A stretch of DNA of 64,000 nucleotides from contig NC_134025.1 in assembly GCF_964204645.1 (NCBI RefSeq), positions 1,488,001 to 1,552,000 on the forward strand, in the 5' to 3' direction. Numbering within the stretch: position 1 is the stretch's first letter; the number at the start of each line of letters is the position of its first letter. Positions 1 through 18,491 of the stretch are shown in pieces. The translations under genes were made by a program, and so were the position numbers. This DNA is from Tubulanus polymorphus. Its lineage: Eukaryota; Animalia; Nemertea. The notes under the pieces were generated by a model, which was not told the origin of the DNA, made no database searches, and worked only from the letters and a program-made list of their open reading frames with translations.

Positions 1-249
1 TAACACTCCCATAAAATCATAAAATCATGTTTCCAGTTTATTTTCGATTAAACTACTATTTTGGATATCAAAATAACTGTCAATTTTTGTGAAAACTACT
101 ATAGTAAAGATATCAGGTAGTCTGGGCTGCGTGTTATTAATGAGTGAACTGGAAACATCAAACAACTTATTGCCTTTATGTAACTTTCAATGCAGAACTC
201 AGTTGTTTCACTGATACTAATCTATAGATCGGGTATATTTCATTTGCAG

Positions 250-7661
<7,412 letters not shown>

Positions 7662-7745
7662 AACATAAAATATATAGTAATGATTATTCCTTTTACATCC
7701 GATTGTCAAACCAAATACCGAATCATCAAATACTCTGTCATCATA

Positions 7746-7931
7746 CAGTAGACTGTGCGCTTACCACGGAGCAGATTGCCTCAGACTCTGTTTGCTACAG
7801 AGCTGATTGCCTCAGATTATCACGTACCCGGACTCTGTTTGCCCGATGACCCATTGTCTGCTCCGACTGCTCCGGAATTCAATTGCCACCTCAAAGATCC
7901 ACGAGATCCGAGGCAAATGCGTAGTCTACTG
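7746..7931. mobile_element. TA-flanked MITE with CAGTAGACT termini (Tc1/mariner-type)
   Basis: ta-cagtagactg...tagtctactg-ta; related end at about 50855-50883 and related termini at 27141-27270. Confidence 0.65.
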
Positions 7932-9025
7932 TAAGTTTCATTTCATGTTATAGGGGGAGGAGGTATATCATCTAGGATTGTTGTGACCGGTTTTGAAAAG
8001 GGTCCAATTATGATAATATTGTTTGGTTTGTCAGGTTCGAATGTATTTTAACCAGAAAATATTGATAATAATGTATATAGAAATATATAGCTATAATTGT
8101 ACAGTCTAAAAATAGTTTGTAGTTTTTAATTAATGATTAGATAATTATGTTGTTAATTACGAAGAGAGAAATTGTTTGTTTAAAGTAAGCTCTGTACAGC
8201 TAACAGGATATCATTATCTAATGTCTAATGCAGGATGATGAACTATTCATGAAACTTTTGTAGCTCATTCATTCATTCATTCATTCATTATTATAAGTTC
8301 CAAAATTTTGTCAGTGTTGTGTTTTGTTTTATTTAAGAATTTATTTAATGTTGATTTTTCGCGAAAGACGATCTTACATTTCCCTGAAAATGTACGATGA
8401 TTTAGAATGATTTCCATTCTATATCGTACGTTACTAATTTCAGAGGAATGTAATTTTTCGCTGCAAAGAATTGGTTTTTTTTTTTTTCATAAAAGCGCGT
8501 TATTGATAGCGAATGTGGTTTGGTATGATGATTATTTTATATTTTGTAAGATTTTAATTTTGGTTTTGTGGAAGCCACCACCGCGGAAAATCCTCGTGTT
8601 AGAGGATGTACAGGTAGTTCAACTGGTTTGCCAGTAGATGGCACAACGAGCACGATGAAGTGGACACTGCTAAAATATCAAACTACTAAAAATAAAAGAG
8701 TGCTTTCTTTTTGAACAGGTGCTGTAATGTATTATACGATACATGATTATTGTTCATTTGTCTTCTTATGTTTATGTTTTTAGTCCGGTTTCTTTTGCCA
8801 ACTATCTCGCGTATTGTCGTGTCTGACACCGAGGTGTGAACGTCAGAGTCTCGACCGGACAATTATCAAAAGCACTCGAGTTCGACTTGACGTATATCAC
8901 AATGTCGACCATCTCGGAACTAGGCCCGCGCTACGCCTACCGGGTGCTCTACAAATGGTTCACTATATTATCAGACCGCAGTGGTCCACACTAACTTACA
9001 TTTGGAAGTTCACCTCAAGGTGGTA

Positions 9026-9196
9026 CAGTGAAACTCGCTTACCGGTAATTCGTCATTTGGATAAGTCGTCACATATTACTTAGTCATCTTCTCTATGTTT
9101 AGTCTCAATTCGTATTTCCAATTAAATTGACTAAGCTTAAGTCGTTATTTGGATAAGTCATCATCATGACGACTTAGGCCTAAGCGAATTTCACCG
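9026..9196. mobile_element. TA-flanked MITE, CAGTGAAACTCGCTTA family
   Basis: TIR cagtgaaactcgctta / taagcgaatttcaccg; related copies with a ggataagtc core at 48123-48268 and near 4762, 21900, 32160 and 61730. Confidence 0.7.
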
Positions 9197-11520
9197 TATA
9201 AGAGTAAAAAGAGATATGATTTGGTCTCTTCAGACGCCTCTTTGAGTAAATCAATACTCAACGTATGTAAAACCTGTTTGTTGTCATACAATTAGACATA
9301 TCTCTTATGTAATGATTTCAGTTCATTTGATACATATCAGAGATCTTCATTTTTTCTTGGATATTTCATTTTTTGCATCTCAGTATTTTGGTTGCTATAA
9401 TGACTCACCTTGTACAACAATGAGCTGATCTCAATACGTATAATATAAAGGGCTATCGCATGAACCGTGTACGTTCAAGACTGAATTTATCAACAAAAAA
9501 AAAACATCTTTGAATTTGTACAGATTTTAAGCATATACTTTATATATATTCTGATAGAATTTGATAGTAGCTTGAAGCCTTTATTAATGAATCTAAATGT
9601 AAACAGTTACAATCTCATTATTTTCATAACCGTGTTGGAAGTTAAAGCTAAGTTGAATACAACAGTCTGAATAAGTCTAACATATTCATGACTTATTTCA
9701 AATGTAGCAAATATCATGGTACCTGAAAACCTGTTAGTTTTAACTGATATTTTTTGTGGAACCTCATTACAACGAACTTCAGGGCGCCAGAAAATCTGTT
9801 GTTAAAACCAATAGTTCGTTATATCCGGTTTGTATATCATTACAATAGATGAACTCTCCAGAATAACTGAGGTTATAAGTTTTATGTGAGGTTCCACTGT
9901 ATCATTTGGATCCACAGTTTGTATCGATGGATCTGTAAAATTTTGGAAGAAATTCACTGAATCAGGAATCACTCATTGTTATTAGTCGATTCTATGATGT
10001 TTTATATGATTCAATGTTGGAGTACAATCAGTTGATTTGTTAATCTGTTTACGATCCTCGTATCTTCCATTTTTATATTTAGTTCATTAAACGAAGCATA
10101 CATTATGCAAACTACAACATTTAATTTACAAACATGATTACGATATTTACTGCCTTGTTTCTCATCTATAATTGTATTGTGCTTTTCTATCGCAGAAATG
10201 ATACATGCTTATATTGTATATAGTTGGGTTAGTAGCAATCATGTTATTGTTATTATATATAGAAGATTATTATTATTCTGTTGTGAATGAGTTTTGGTTG
10301 ATGATTAAACGCTACTGACCCGATTCTTATTCTAGTCATAATTTCTGGAAAATTCAGCTTATTTAGAGAGTATTTGGAGATGTTTGATAGACCAGCCGCA
10401 GTGAAGGGACAGTACGGGTCAAAGCTGGTCAGTGGAGAGTCCGTAGCCGGACAGCGAGGAACCATAGATGTCAGAGAGGTCCCCAGCTGGTCCGAATGGG
10501 TCAATTAGGATCCATAGCTGGTTATTATGGGTCGGTATCTGGTCGTTGGTCAATGAGGGTCTATAGCTGGACAGTATAGATCAGGGCGAGACCATTGCTG
10601 GTCAGTATCTGATCGTCCCGAGTTGGACAGTGGTCAGTATAGGTCAATAGCGGCGGGTCAAGGTCGAAACAGCACTCCAAATATTATTACTGCGTTAAGT
10701 GAACACTATTTCAAACAGTTTCCAAATAATAATCATGATTGAGTGAATACAGGTTCTGGTTTATTCATATTTATAGAGGTTTAGATTAATGCAAGCTAAG
10801 CTCTAATAAATTCTTATTTGTGTAACTGATTTGACGTTTACAATATGATGCTTTAACATAAAAACGGCCAGCTTTAAAACCTATGTGTACCGTAAACTAC
10901 TGAAGTATTGGGAAGAGATTTATAATGGAAGCCGATAGTTAACTGTATATCAGATTCAATTCAGCTTTAGTGTCTTTAGAAGTGGCAGTTTTTAATATGA
11001 CATTCTAGAGAATTTAAAGCCCTTTCGACTCGTACGTATAAACTGTGTAATCTAGCGTGATGACGTGTTATCACCTCTCCCTGTCTTTGTCTTTATTCAT
11101 TGTATATTTGATCATAGAGTTGAAAATAAATCTTTCATTCTTGATGTTTCTTAAAAAAGGAAATTTATTTGTTGATCTCACGGAGGAGGAATTCGAGGTG
11201 TGTATCCGTTCCGGGTAGCGCCGGTGTTGAACTAAACCATGACGTAATTAAGTCAAAAAATACATTTTATTTCTTGAAAAAAAAAAACAGCATTTATCAC
11301 AGATCTTTGTTAGAATCACAGCTTAAACGATCAAAAGTATTTGAAATTGCAGTCAAATTCGGGACAAATCATCTATATTTATGTCGATGATTATGTTGAC
11401 GACTTACACTTTTAGTAATTGAATTAGAAATGCAAATTGAGACTCAGAAATAGAGACGACTCGATCAATTTGACGACCTGACGACTCAATCGAGTTTGTA
11501 GAAGATTGTTTCATTCTGAT

Positions 11521-14500
11521 TTATATGAAATCATTAGCGTCAAACACCAATGAGTTGAACCAAGTATCCTTCTCTTCCTCCTCGTCATCTATGCGTGAAT
11601 TCAAATGTAAACCTTCATCGACCTGAAATTAAAAACAAACATTCTACTAAATTCTTCGAGAAAAAACAATCGAAAAAATGTTGACAATATCGAGGTTTAA
11701 CATCGTGAAACCTGTTGAAGATTTGTTCGGTTATTGTTGTCAAACAGTTGTGAGATGATTTGTTTATCGGCAGATTCGATATATTCTATTCCTCCCAGAT
11801 CATCTTGAAACATTGATAGATCATCGTTTATGCACGTAGCGCCCAAATCATCAAACTAACAATAGAAATACAATACATATTGTACATTATTGGTGAAATA
11901 TTCTTCGTGTATTGGTAATACAAATCTCGCAAAGGTTACTCGACGTGGCGATTATATTCTTATACATGTTGTCATCTTCAGTGGATTATCCTGGTGATGA
12001 CTTTATAAGGATAAAGTAGAAACGTTGAATAAACCATTAGCTCAAGTAATATTATCTTTTTCTCATTTCAAGTGTGGGATTTCTTTATCATAAAACCACA
12101 CGGAATCTGATATGATGAAGTTATTTTGATACCATTTCCTTAAAGATGATATTGAGTGACATTTCGGACAATTGAATATCAGAATCTGACACCAAAGCAA
12201 AATTCCATCCAATCTCTATTCTATTCTATTTATGTTTAAATTTAGCAGTACCTGTTCACTGAATGACATTGAATGTTGAAATGTTCGAGCTGATCCAGTT
12301 TCAGAGATAATGTCACCAGTTCGCAGTTGCTGTACCGGGTCCGTAGGAACAGCAGTGCTGGTGGCAGATGAGCCTGTAGAGCCAGCAGTAGTCGTGGCGG
12401 ATGAGCTTGTAGGACCTGCACTAGCTTTGGTAGATGAGCTTGTAGGACCTGCACTAGTTGTGGTAGATGAGCCTGTAGGACCTGCACTAGCTGTGGTAGA
12501 TGAGCTTGTAGGACCAGCACGAGTTGTGGCAGATGAGCCTGTAGGACCTGCACTAGCTGTGGTATCGGTGGTAGTTGTATGGATCTCAGATGGTTCATCT
12601 TCAAACATTACATCCTAATAAAAAATATCCCAAAATACCATTCACCCCATTCATTCATTCATTCATTCATTCATTCATTCATTCACTGTGACGCCGATCA
12701 ACTGATTTCAGATGATGATTTAAACCTGTGATTTTGGTCTTGTAATGAGATGTTTCGTGCTGGCTATATTCCACAGTTGAGTTTCGGTTTTTGATTTCAA
12801 CTGGCTCGCATTGTTTACCTGAAACATCGATCAATATCAATCAGATAGCGAGAGAAGAGAATTGACACATCCTCAAATAACTTACGTTCAAACTGCTGAA
12901 ACAGTTTTGTCTGAATTGCTCATCAGTACTGCGAGTTATAACAGTGTATAAAGACGAGCTTATTGTTGATATCGCTCGTTCATATAATTCCTGTTTCTGA
13001 AGAAACACAAAACATAAGACTTCAGTAGAATGAGACTCATGAAGGGAACCCAAAAACAAATACGAAATTCAGCGACCTATAACCTGGTTTAAATCGCTAC
13101 GATTACTCAGTATTTTATTCAATGAACCCGCGATCGATTTAGAGATTTTTCCTTTATTTCTGTGTTGTAGAAAATGCGGTAGATCATCGCGGAAAGTGTT
13201 CAACATTCCTGCATGAAAACAATATAGACATATTAGGCAAAACATGTTAAATAGGTAGATAGATAGATAGTTGGGAGAGAGAGAGACTGACGTGTGTAAT
13301 CATTTCTATCTGTGAATTTCGTGGTGGTTTCAAATAGTAGAATTAGAAGTATCGTGTACTTGTTGTTCTCATCATCATCATCGTCTTCATCGTCATTATC
13401 ATCTTCATCGATACAGGATGTTACAGGGAACTGTAGATCGCAATGAGATGGAACTAAACAAATAATACGAGTTTTATTTGAGACGCAGTTGAATTTGAAT
13501 AAGAGTTAAATGCCACACTTCGGGACAAATATCAAAAGTCTTTCCGGAGTTCATTGAATTCACTGAAGCCTAAATCGGTGAAATACCTGACAATGAAGTC
13601 GGTTGTTCGATTTTAAGACCGTATTCTTTCAATTTCAACATCTTTATAAAAGGTTGAAATCCGCTGTGTTTATGTGCGGGCATTATCAATGGAATTCCAC
13701 CGGGACCGTAAAATAATAACTAGTATAAAACACAGTCAGGGAAATATCAGAAAATAAAATATACATCATACATATCCATAGATGCTTTAGACATTACTAA
13801 ACGTAGACATGCATAATTAAAAGAATTTCATTATTAATCCATATTTTTTTAGATGTGGCGAATAATCTTTAAGTAAAATAATGAATGGCAAGTCACCGTT
13901 CTATCTGATGATTCAAATTGATTTTCTAGCTTTAGAAACTAGAGGAAGCTCTGAGAATTTCAAACCTCAAAATAGATGTGACGGGTGGCGAAATTGGGAG
14001 ATATTGATATTTTAAACAGGATCAAATGATTGTTTATGAATCGATTTTGAGTAAAGGATACACGTATATTTCTGATAGATCTATGATTGATTAGATGAGA
14101 ATGATGAGGAATGAGAGCTGATGAAACTGATAGTTTTATAGGAAACGTTTTATCGATTAACTTCACACCACAATTCATCAAATGTTTGTTACCGGATTTA
14201 GTTACAATTCTGTCCTCAAAATCATTCCTAAAATATTAGAAAAATAACATACATCAAACATAACACTAATCAGTGGTGGGTCTCAGGAAAGGTGGAGTCC
14301 AAATGAATAGGAAGAGCATCGCAACTGGGGTTCTCTCAACATGTTTGAAGAAATACCGAAATTCCGAGAGGATCGGTGTGAAATTTAGGGTTAACCGATC
14401 TTTGTTTTGAATCAAGACCCTTGAACCCCCCCCCCCTCCTCTCTATACTCGTCCCCTGTTGACATATAAACGTATGCAGTAATGGTATAATGATGATTTA

Positions 14501-15873
14501 CAGTGATTGATTGTGGTGTTGTTCAGTATCAGGCGTGTAATGGTTGCTGTGACACAGTAAGCGATATCGCGATAAAGCGCGTGTTGGTCTCGACGGATTA
14601 AACGTTGTCGATTTTACTGTGCCAAACATATCAAACTCGTACTCGATCAATACCTGCAAATAAATAAAAATGTGAAATCAAAGATGGATGTTGTATGGTG
14701 AATTCATGTAGAATTAGTTGATAGATTCAGCGCTTACTGTACTCCTCAGCAGTTTCAATTTATGCAGATAATCGTGTATGAAGCCACTTTCACGCAACAT
14801 GTGATCTTTCATCTGACAAATCTATAGTCGTTAATATGAAATTTTAAATACAACATGTTGTATCTAAAGAAACAACATAATTTTGAAGAGAATCCAGAAC
14901 TGGAAAATAAGGATTATTCATTTCTGGTGATCTTTTTCTTAAAAGTGCTTCACGACTTGATGCAATCTCTCGAGTTTGACAAAAAAGTTTAACACATAAT
15001 CTATTTTATTTCTTAAAATAAAAAATCGATTAAGGAGTGAATCTGATGAATAAAAACGATTACATACTAAAAAGTGATTCTACCTTTAATATAACAGTGA
15101 AAGCTTCATCACTACAGGGAATGGTGTGAGAATCAATAATCTGAATCGTAGAATCTGGATTCACAAATAATTCTACACATTTCACTTGAGTTCCATCCCG
15201 ACCATTAACATTCACACACTGTCTGGAATCTACCCATAAATTCTGATGATATCGAATCACTTTCTGAAGTGAACTGCAATGATCTATAAAATATAGGCGA
15301 CCGCAGCTGGTTTTATAAACAGCAGACAATAGGCTACGTAGGTCTTTTCGTTTTAGATAAATCTGTTTTATTCAACCACAGATGTAGGAAATGATTTTAT
15401 ATTGCCGTACCTGATATATACCGAGTTAGAGACTCAATCTGTAACTGTTGTCCAACGTAAACGACTACAAAATCAAAAATTCCAAGGGTTTTCAAAATTA
15501 TATTCCTTTAATCTCTTGATTTTCCAAATCTCAGTAAGTACACCAACCTTTCACTTGAAAGATGACGCCTACGTCGGGAACTGTATCTATAGCTTTGATT
15601 TTTATTGATAGCGATTGGTTTTTGGGTGGATTTTTGGATACTTGTAACTCACTCGTTATATATTCCATGACCTTTAATGAAAATAAAAAGACAATCTGTA
15701 TCTGTGTTACCGGGCGGGATCAGTGGGGGAGATCCTGTACATTTCATCGGCTGCCTTTTATTGTGCCCATAGAAGAATTCATTCAACTCGGCATCGTCGC
15801 TGTTTCTTACCTCGACAAGTGCGGTCATTATTGGAAGATGTTCAACATTTACAGAACTAATTTCCGCGCTCAT
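11521..15873 (-). CDS. TOP6BL: Type 2 DNA topoisomerase 6 subunit B-like (TOPOVIBL; SPO11 partner)
   Basis: Phase-consistent minus-strand exons: 15873-15811, 15671-15653, 15586-15548 (weak acceptor), 15464-15411, 15283-15084, 14821-14738, 14653-14502, 14227-14062, 13719-13587, 13453-13292, 13208-13084, 12996-12886, 12818-12726, 12614-12252, 11855-11712, 11622-11521. Motifs align with recalled human TOP6BL: LLFYGPGGIPLI ~ IFLYGPLGLPLI; YTILLILLF ~ QTLLLFLFV; ERAISTISSSLYTVITRSTDEQFRQNCFSSL ~ [31 protein letters not shown]; acidic C-terminal EKDTWFNSL ~ EDVLWLQEV. Confidence 0.85.
12345..12565 (-). repeat. Coding 33-bp tandem repeat (11-aa AGPTSSSTTAS unit, about 6 copies) in TOP6BL
   Basis: Unit gcactagctgtggtagatgagcttgtaggacct on the + strand, inside in-frame exon 12614-12252. 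Confidence 0.85.
13720..14061 (-). other. U12-type GT-AG intron of TOP6BL
   Basis: Minus-strand donor GTATCCTTT at 14061; branch-like TTCCCTGAC (13743-13735) shortly before the TAG acceptor at 13720; phase 0 join ...IRNIR/LLFYGPGG. Confidence 0.85.
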
Positions 15874-16301
15874 TTTACCTTTGAAATAGCGGGGAATATA
15901 CGTTTAAGTTAATAAGGTTTTCTTTTAACGTTTTGTATCTGTTTATGAGGATGAGAAATAACTCATAAACTCAAAAGGAATGTAAACATTGAACTGTCAA
16001 ATCTATAGAGCGATCCACGTGCTTCTCTCTGTTTACAAACAAAACACCCAGCGCCACCTCTCAGTTCCTACTGGTCGATTCACGCATCAACTCTCTAAAA
16101 AGTGTCTGCTATCATATCTAATATCGTTATATCATAGTTTCTACCCCAAAGGCTTCAGTATTGAGTAAATATCGTTGAAAATATGAATTAAAACTTTATG
16201 CTGTCGCGAGTCTGCTAATTAGCGCAGTGCATTGTGGTCGTTATGATGACGTCACAAGCTGTGAGATTCAAAAATAAAAACAAAAACACGTGGCGTTCAT
16301 A
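15874..16301. promoter_or_regulatory. Putative bidirectional promoter between TOP6BL and the TSP1-Ig-TM gene
   Basis: 428 bp between divergent ATGs; perfect CRE TGACGTCA at 16247-16254; E-boxes CACGTG at 16016 and 16287. Confidence 0.6.
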
Positions 16302-17861
16302 ATGAATATAAACAAACCGATAACCCTCGTATTTCTTAGCTTCTTTTTGAGGGCGCTTCATTTATCAGCGGGTAAGGTATAATTTCGGATTTCAATGATT
16401 TATTTTGAGAGAGCACTGCAGTTGTTTTTCTGTGTAATTTAGGTGGGGAAGTGAAGTACGGTCCATGGTCTACATGTACATCAACTTGTTCTCCAAGCTC
16501 TCGATCTAGAGTCGTGCAGCCGTGTCGAACACCATTAAACGCATGTCGTCAAGTGGCTCCTTGTCCTGTTGCTCTTCCTCCTTGTGGTAAATAAGTTATT
16601 TATCGAAAAGTGAAGTTAAAAACGATGAAAAATAACAAGAAATCAAAGGCCTAAATTATCTTTAAAAAACTGTTGTTCAATAATTTTATTACGTACAACA
16701 ACATTAATAGTTATAATGTAAATTAAATAAATTTCTTTTGAGTTTCAAATCCACTTATACATGAAAAAGGCCGCCCACTTCGGTCAGTCTATGCACCATC
16801 TGAAAAAGATGAAATAAACATAAAGATCAAATCAACTAAATTCAAAATCAGAGCTTGTCCTATTGAAATATTTCTAGGTCACTCGGCCAGCAGCTTATAC
16901 AAGAATCCTGGAAATAACGTGAAAATAAGTTGTCCACAGGGACCTGAAGGAATGCCTGTTGTACGATATGCATGGTATCAATGGTCATTCAAACACAAAG
17001 GGTACAGAAAAACCGTAGGCCTATAGGAGGCTGTGTATTACTTCAATTTCAAACTCTATTTCACAAAACTTGTACTAATTCTTCAAATCGAATCTCATTC
17101 AGATTTTATTCACTGAAAGAAAACACGAAAGATCTGATATTTGTGAAGATCAAATACGAAGATGCCGGCACGTATCAGTGCCGCGTAGAAACGGTTACCG
17201 GCGCAACGATTATTGAAACTATGTTTCATTTACATGGTACGTCAATAATGTATATAACTTTTAAGATTCAATGAAATCTGTGGGATTTCGATTGTATTTG
17301 ATTTACAGTTAATATGAAGTCGGTTTTGTTGTTAAAGTGAAATGATTCAAAGGAATCTTTGTGATGTGGACAAAAGTCATTTCTATAAATGTATTGCACT
17401 TAATCATTTAAATAAAAGCTTTTACCAAGAGGTGTATTTGTATATTTGCAGTAAATGAAGTGGACAGGAGAATAGAAGGGGCTGCCAGTGGGATTGTGGT
17501 AATAGCATTATTAATTCTAGCTAGTTTATTAAGTGTTTACTGTTGGAGGTATGTAATAGCAGTTAAAATTTACACAATAGAATTGCGAAACTCAGTAATT
17601 CAAAATCTTGTATTAATTTGACTGATTTTAAGAAATAAGAAGGTGAAAACCTTTCGAACAAAGAGGCGTTCACACGAGACAAGATTTAACAGAGATGGGT
17701 CGAGGAAAGATGATGATTTTACGGTAGAATATACAGGACCAGTAGCGGAATATACATCAGAAATCAATAATATTGAGCCACAACAACCTGCTGAATTATT
17801 ACCACTAGAAGATGAAGAAGATATCAATAATAATTTACCGCCTCAACCGTTATATTTCTAA
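16302..17861 (+). CDS. Type I membrane protein: signal peptide, TSP1-like Cys-rich module, single Ig domain, TM helix, cytoplasmic tail (TMEM81/IZUMO1-like architecture)
   Basis: Exons 16302-16371 (MNINKPITLVFLSFFLRALHLSA), 16443-16586 (GPWSTCTSTC...RSR...C...C...C...PPC), 16878-17001 (VKISC...YAWY), 17103-17236 (EDAGTYQCRVE), 17452-17548 (GIVVIALLILASLLSVYCW), 17633-17861; all GT-AG and phase-consistent. Confidence 0.85.
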
Positions 17862-18244
17862 CCAAAATAAAGTCGTTTGAATTCTAATTGAACCTGAGGA
17901 TTTCTTTTGATTTTGACTTCTTCTTCGAATTATGAATCCTTTAACAGAACCATGAAATTGGCTCGATTCCAGCTAGCAGACAGCTGATTTCCAGGAATTC
18001 CCTTATAACCTCGTTTCCGACTCGGGGTACCCCATCAGGTCAACCTCATGAATAATTAATTAGCCAATGACCCGGGTGATAAATCAGTGAATTATGCTAA
18101 AACTGCCGATCGGATTCTCTCAAAAACTTATCAACCCTTTAATGTTATCCTCTTGATTAATTTTGCGATATCATTTCTAAAAATCATTTCGCCACAAGAC
18201 AGTGAATTCTCTGATATTTCCGACGGAAAATTTCGACAGGAAAA

Positions 18245-18330
18245 CGGCCATTTTATCCTCGATTGCGCATGCGCACGATGAGAACTGTGGGAAATAGTGT
18301 GTGTCCACGTGACCTGCAGCCAATCAGTGA
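18245..18330 (+). promoter_or_regulatory. Housekeeping-type promoter of ARID4
   Basis: YY1-like CGGCCATTTT 18245-18254, NRF1/EWG palindrome TGCGCATGCGCA 18264-18275, E-box CACGTG 18306-18311, CCAAT 18320-18324, all upstream of the first exon ending ATG/GTAAGT at 18494. Confidence 0.65.
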
Positions 18331-18491
18331 CGAGTATCAGCGGGATCCATCAGTGTTCAGTGTTTAGTGATGATTTTAGTTTTTGTTGATGAAATGTGTA
18401 AATTATCGCGTTTTTCGCTTGTGATAAACATCAAAAAATAAAAGAGCTCGTATCAGAAACTAACAGGGAACAGAGTAATTAATGATTAGAT

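Noticed and set aside
11946-12185. Additional TOP6BL exons between 12252 and 11855
   Set aside because: Candidate acceptors exist but no phase-consistent open path was found; the model closes in frame without them.
16743-16782. Small extra exon in the TSP1-Ig-TM gene
   Set aside because: Weak GAG acceptor and phase mismatch with exon 16878; the flanking exons join in frame without it.
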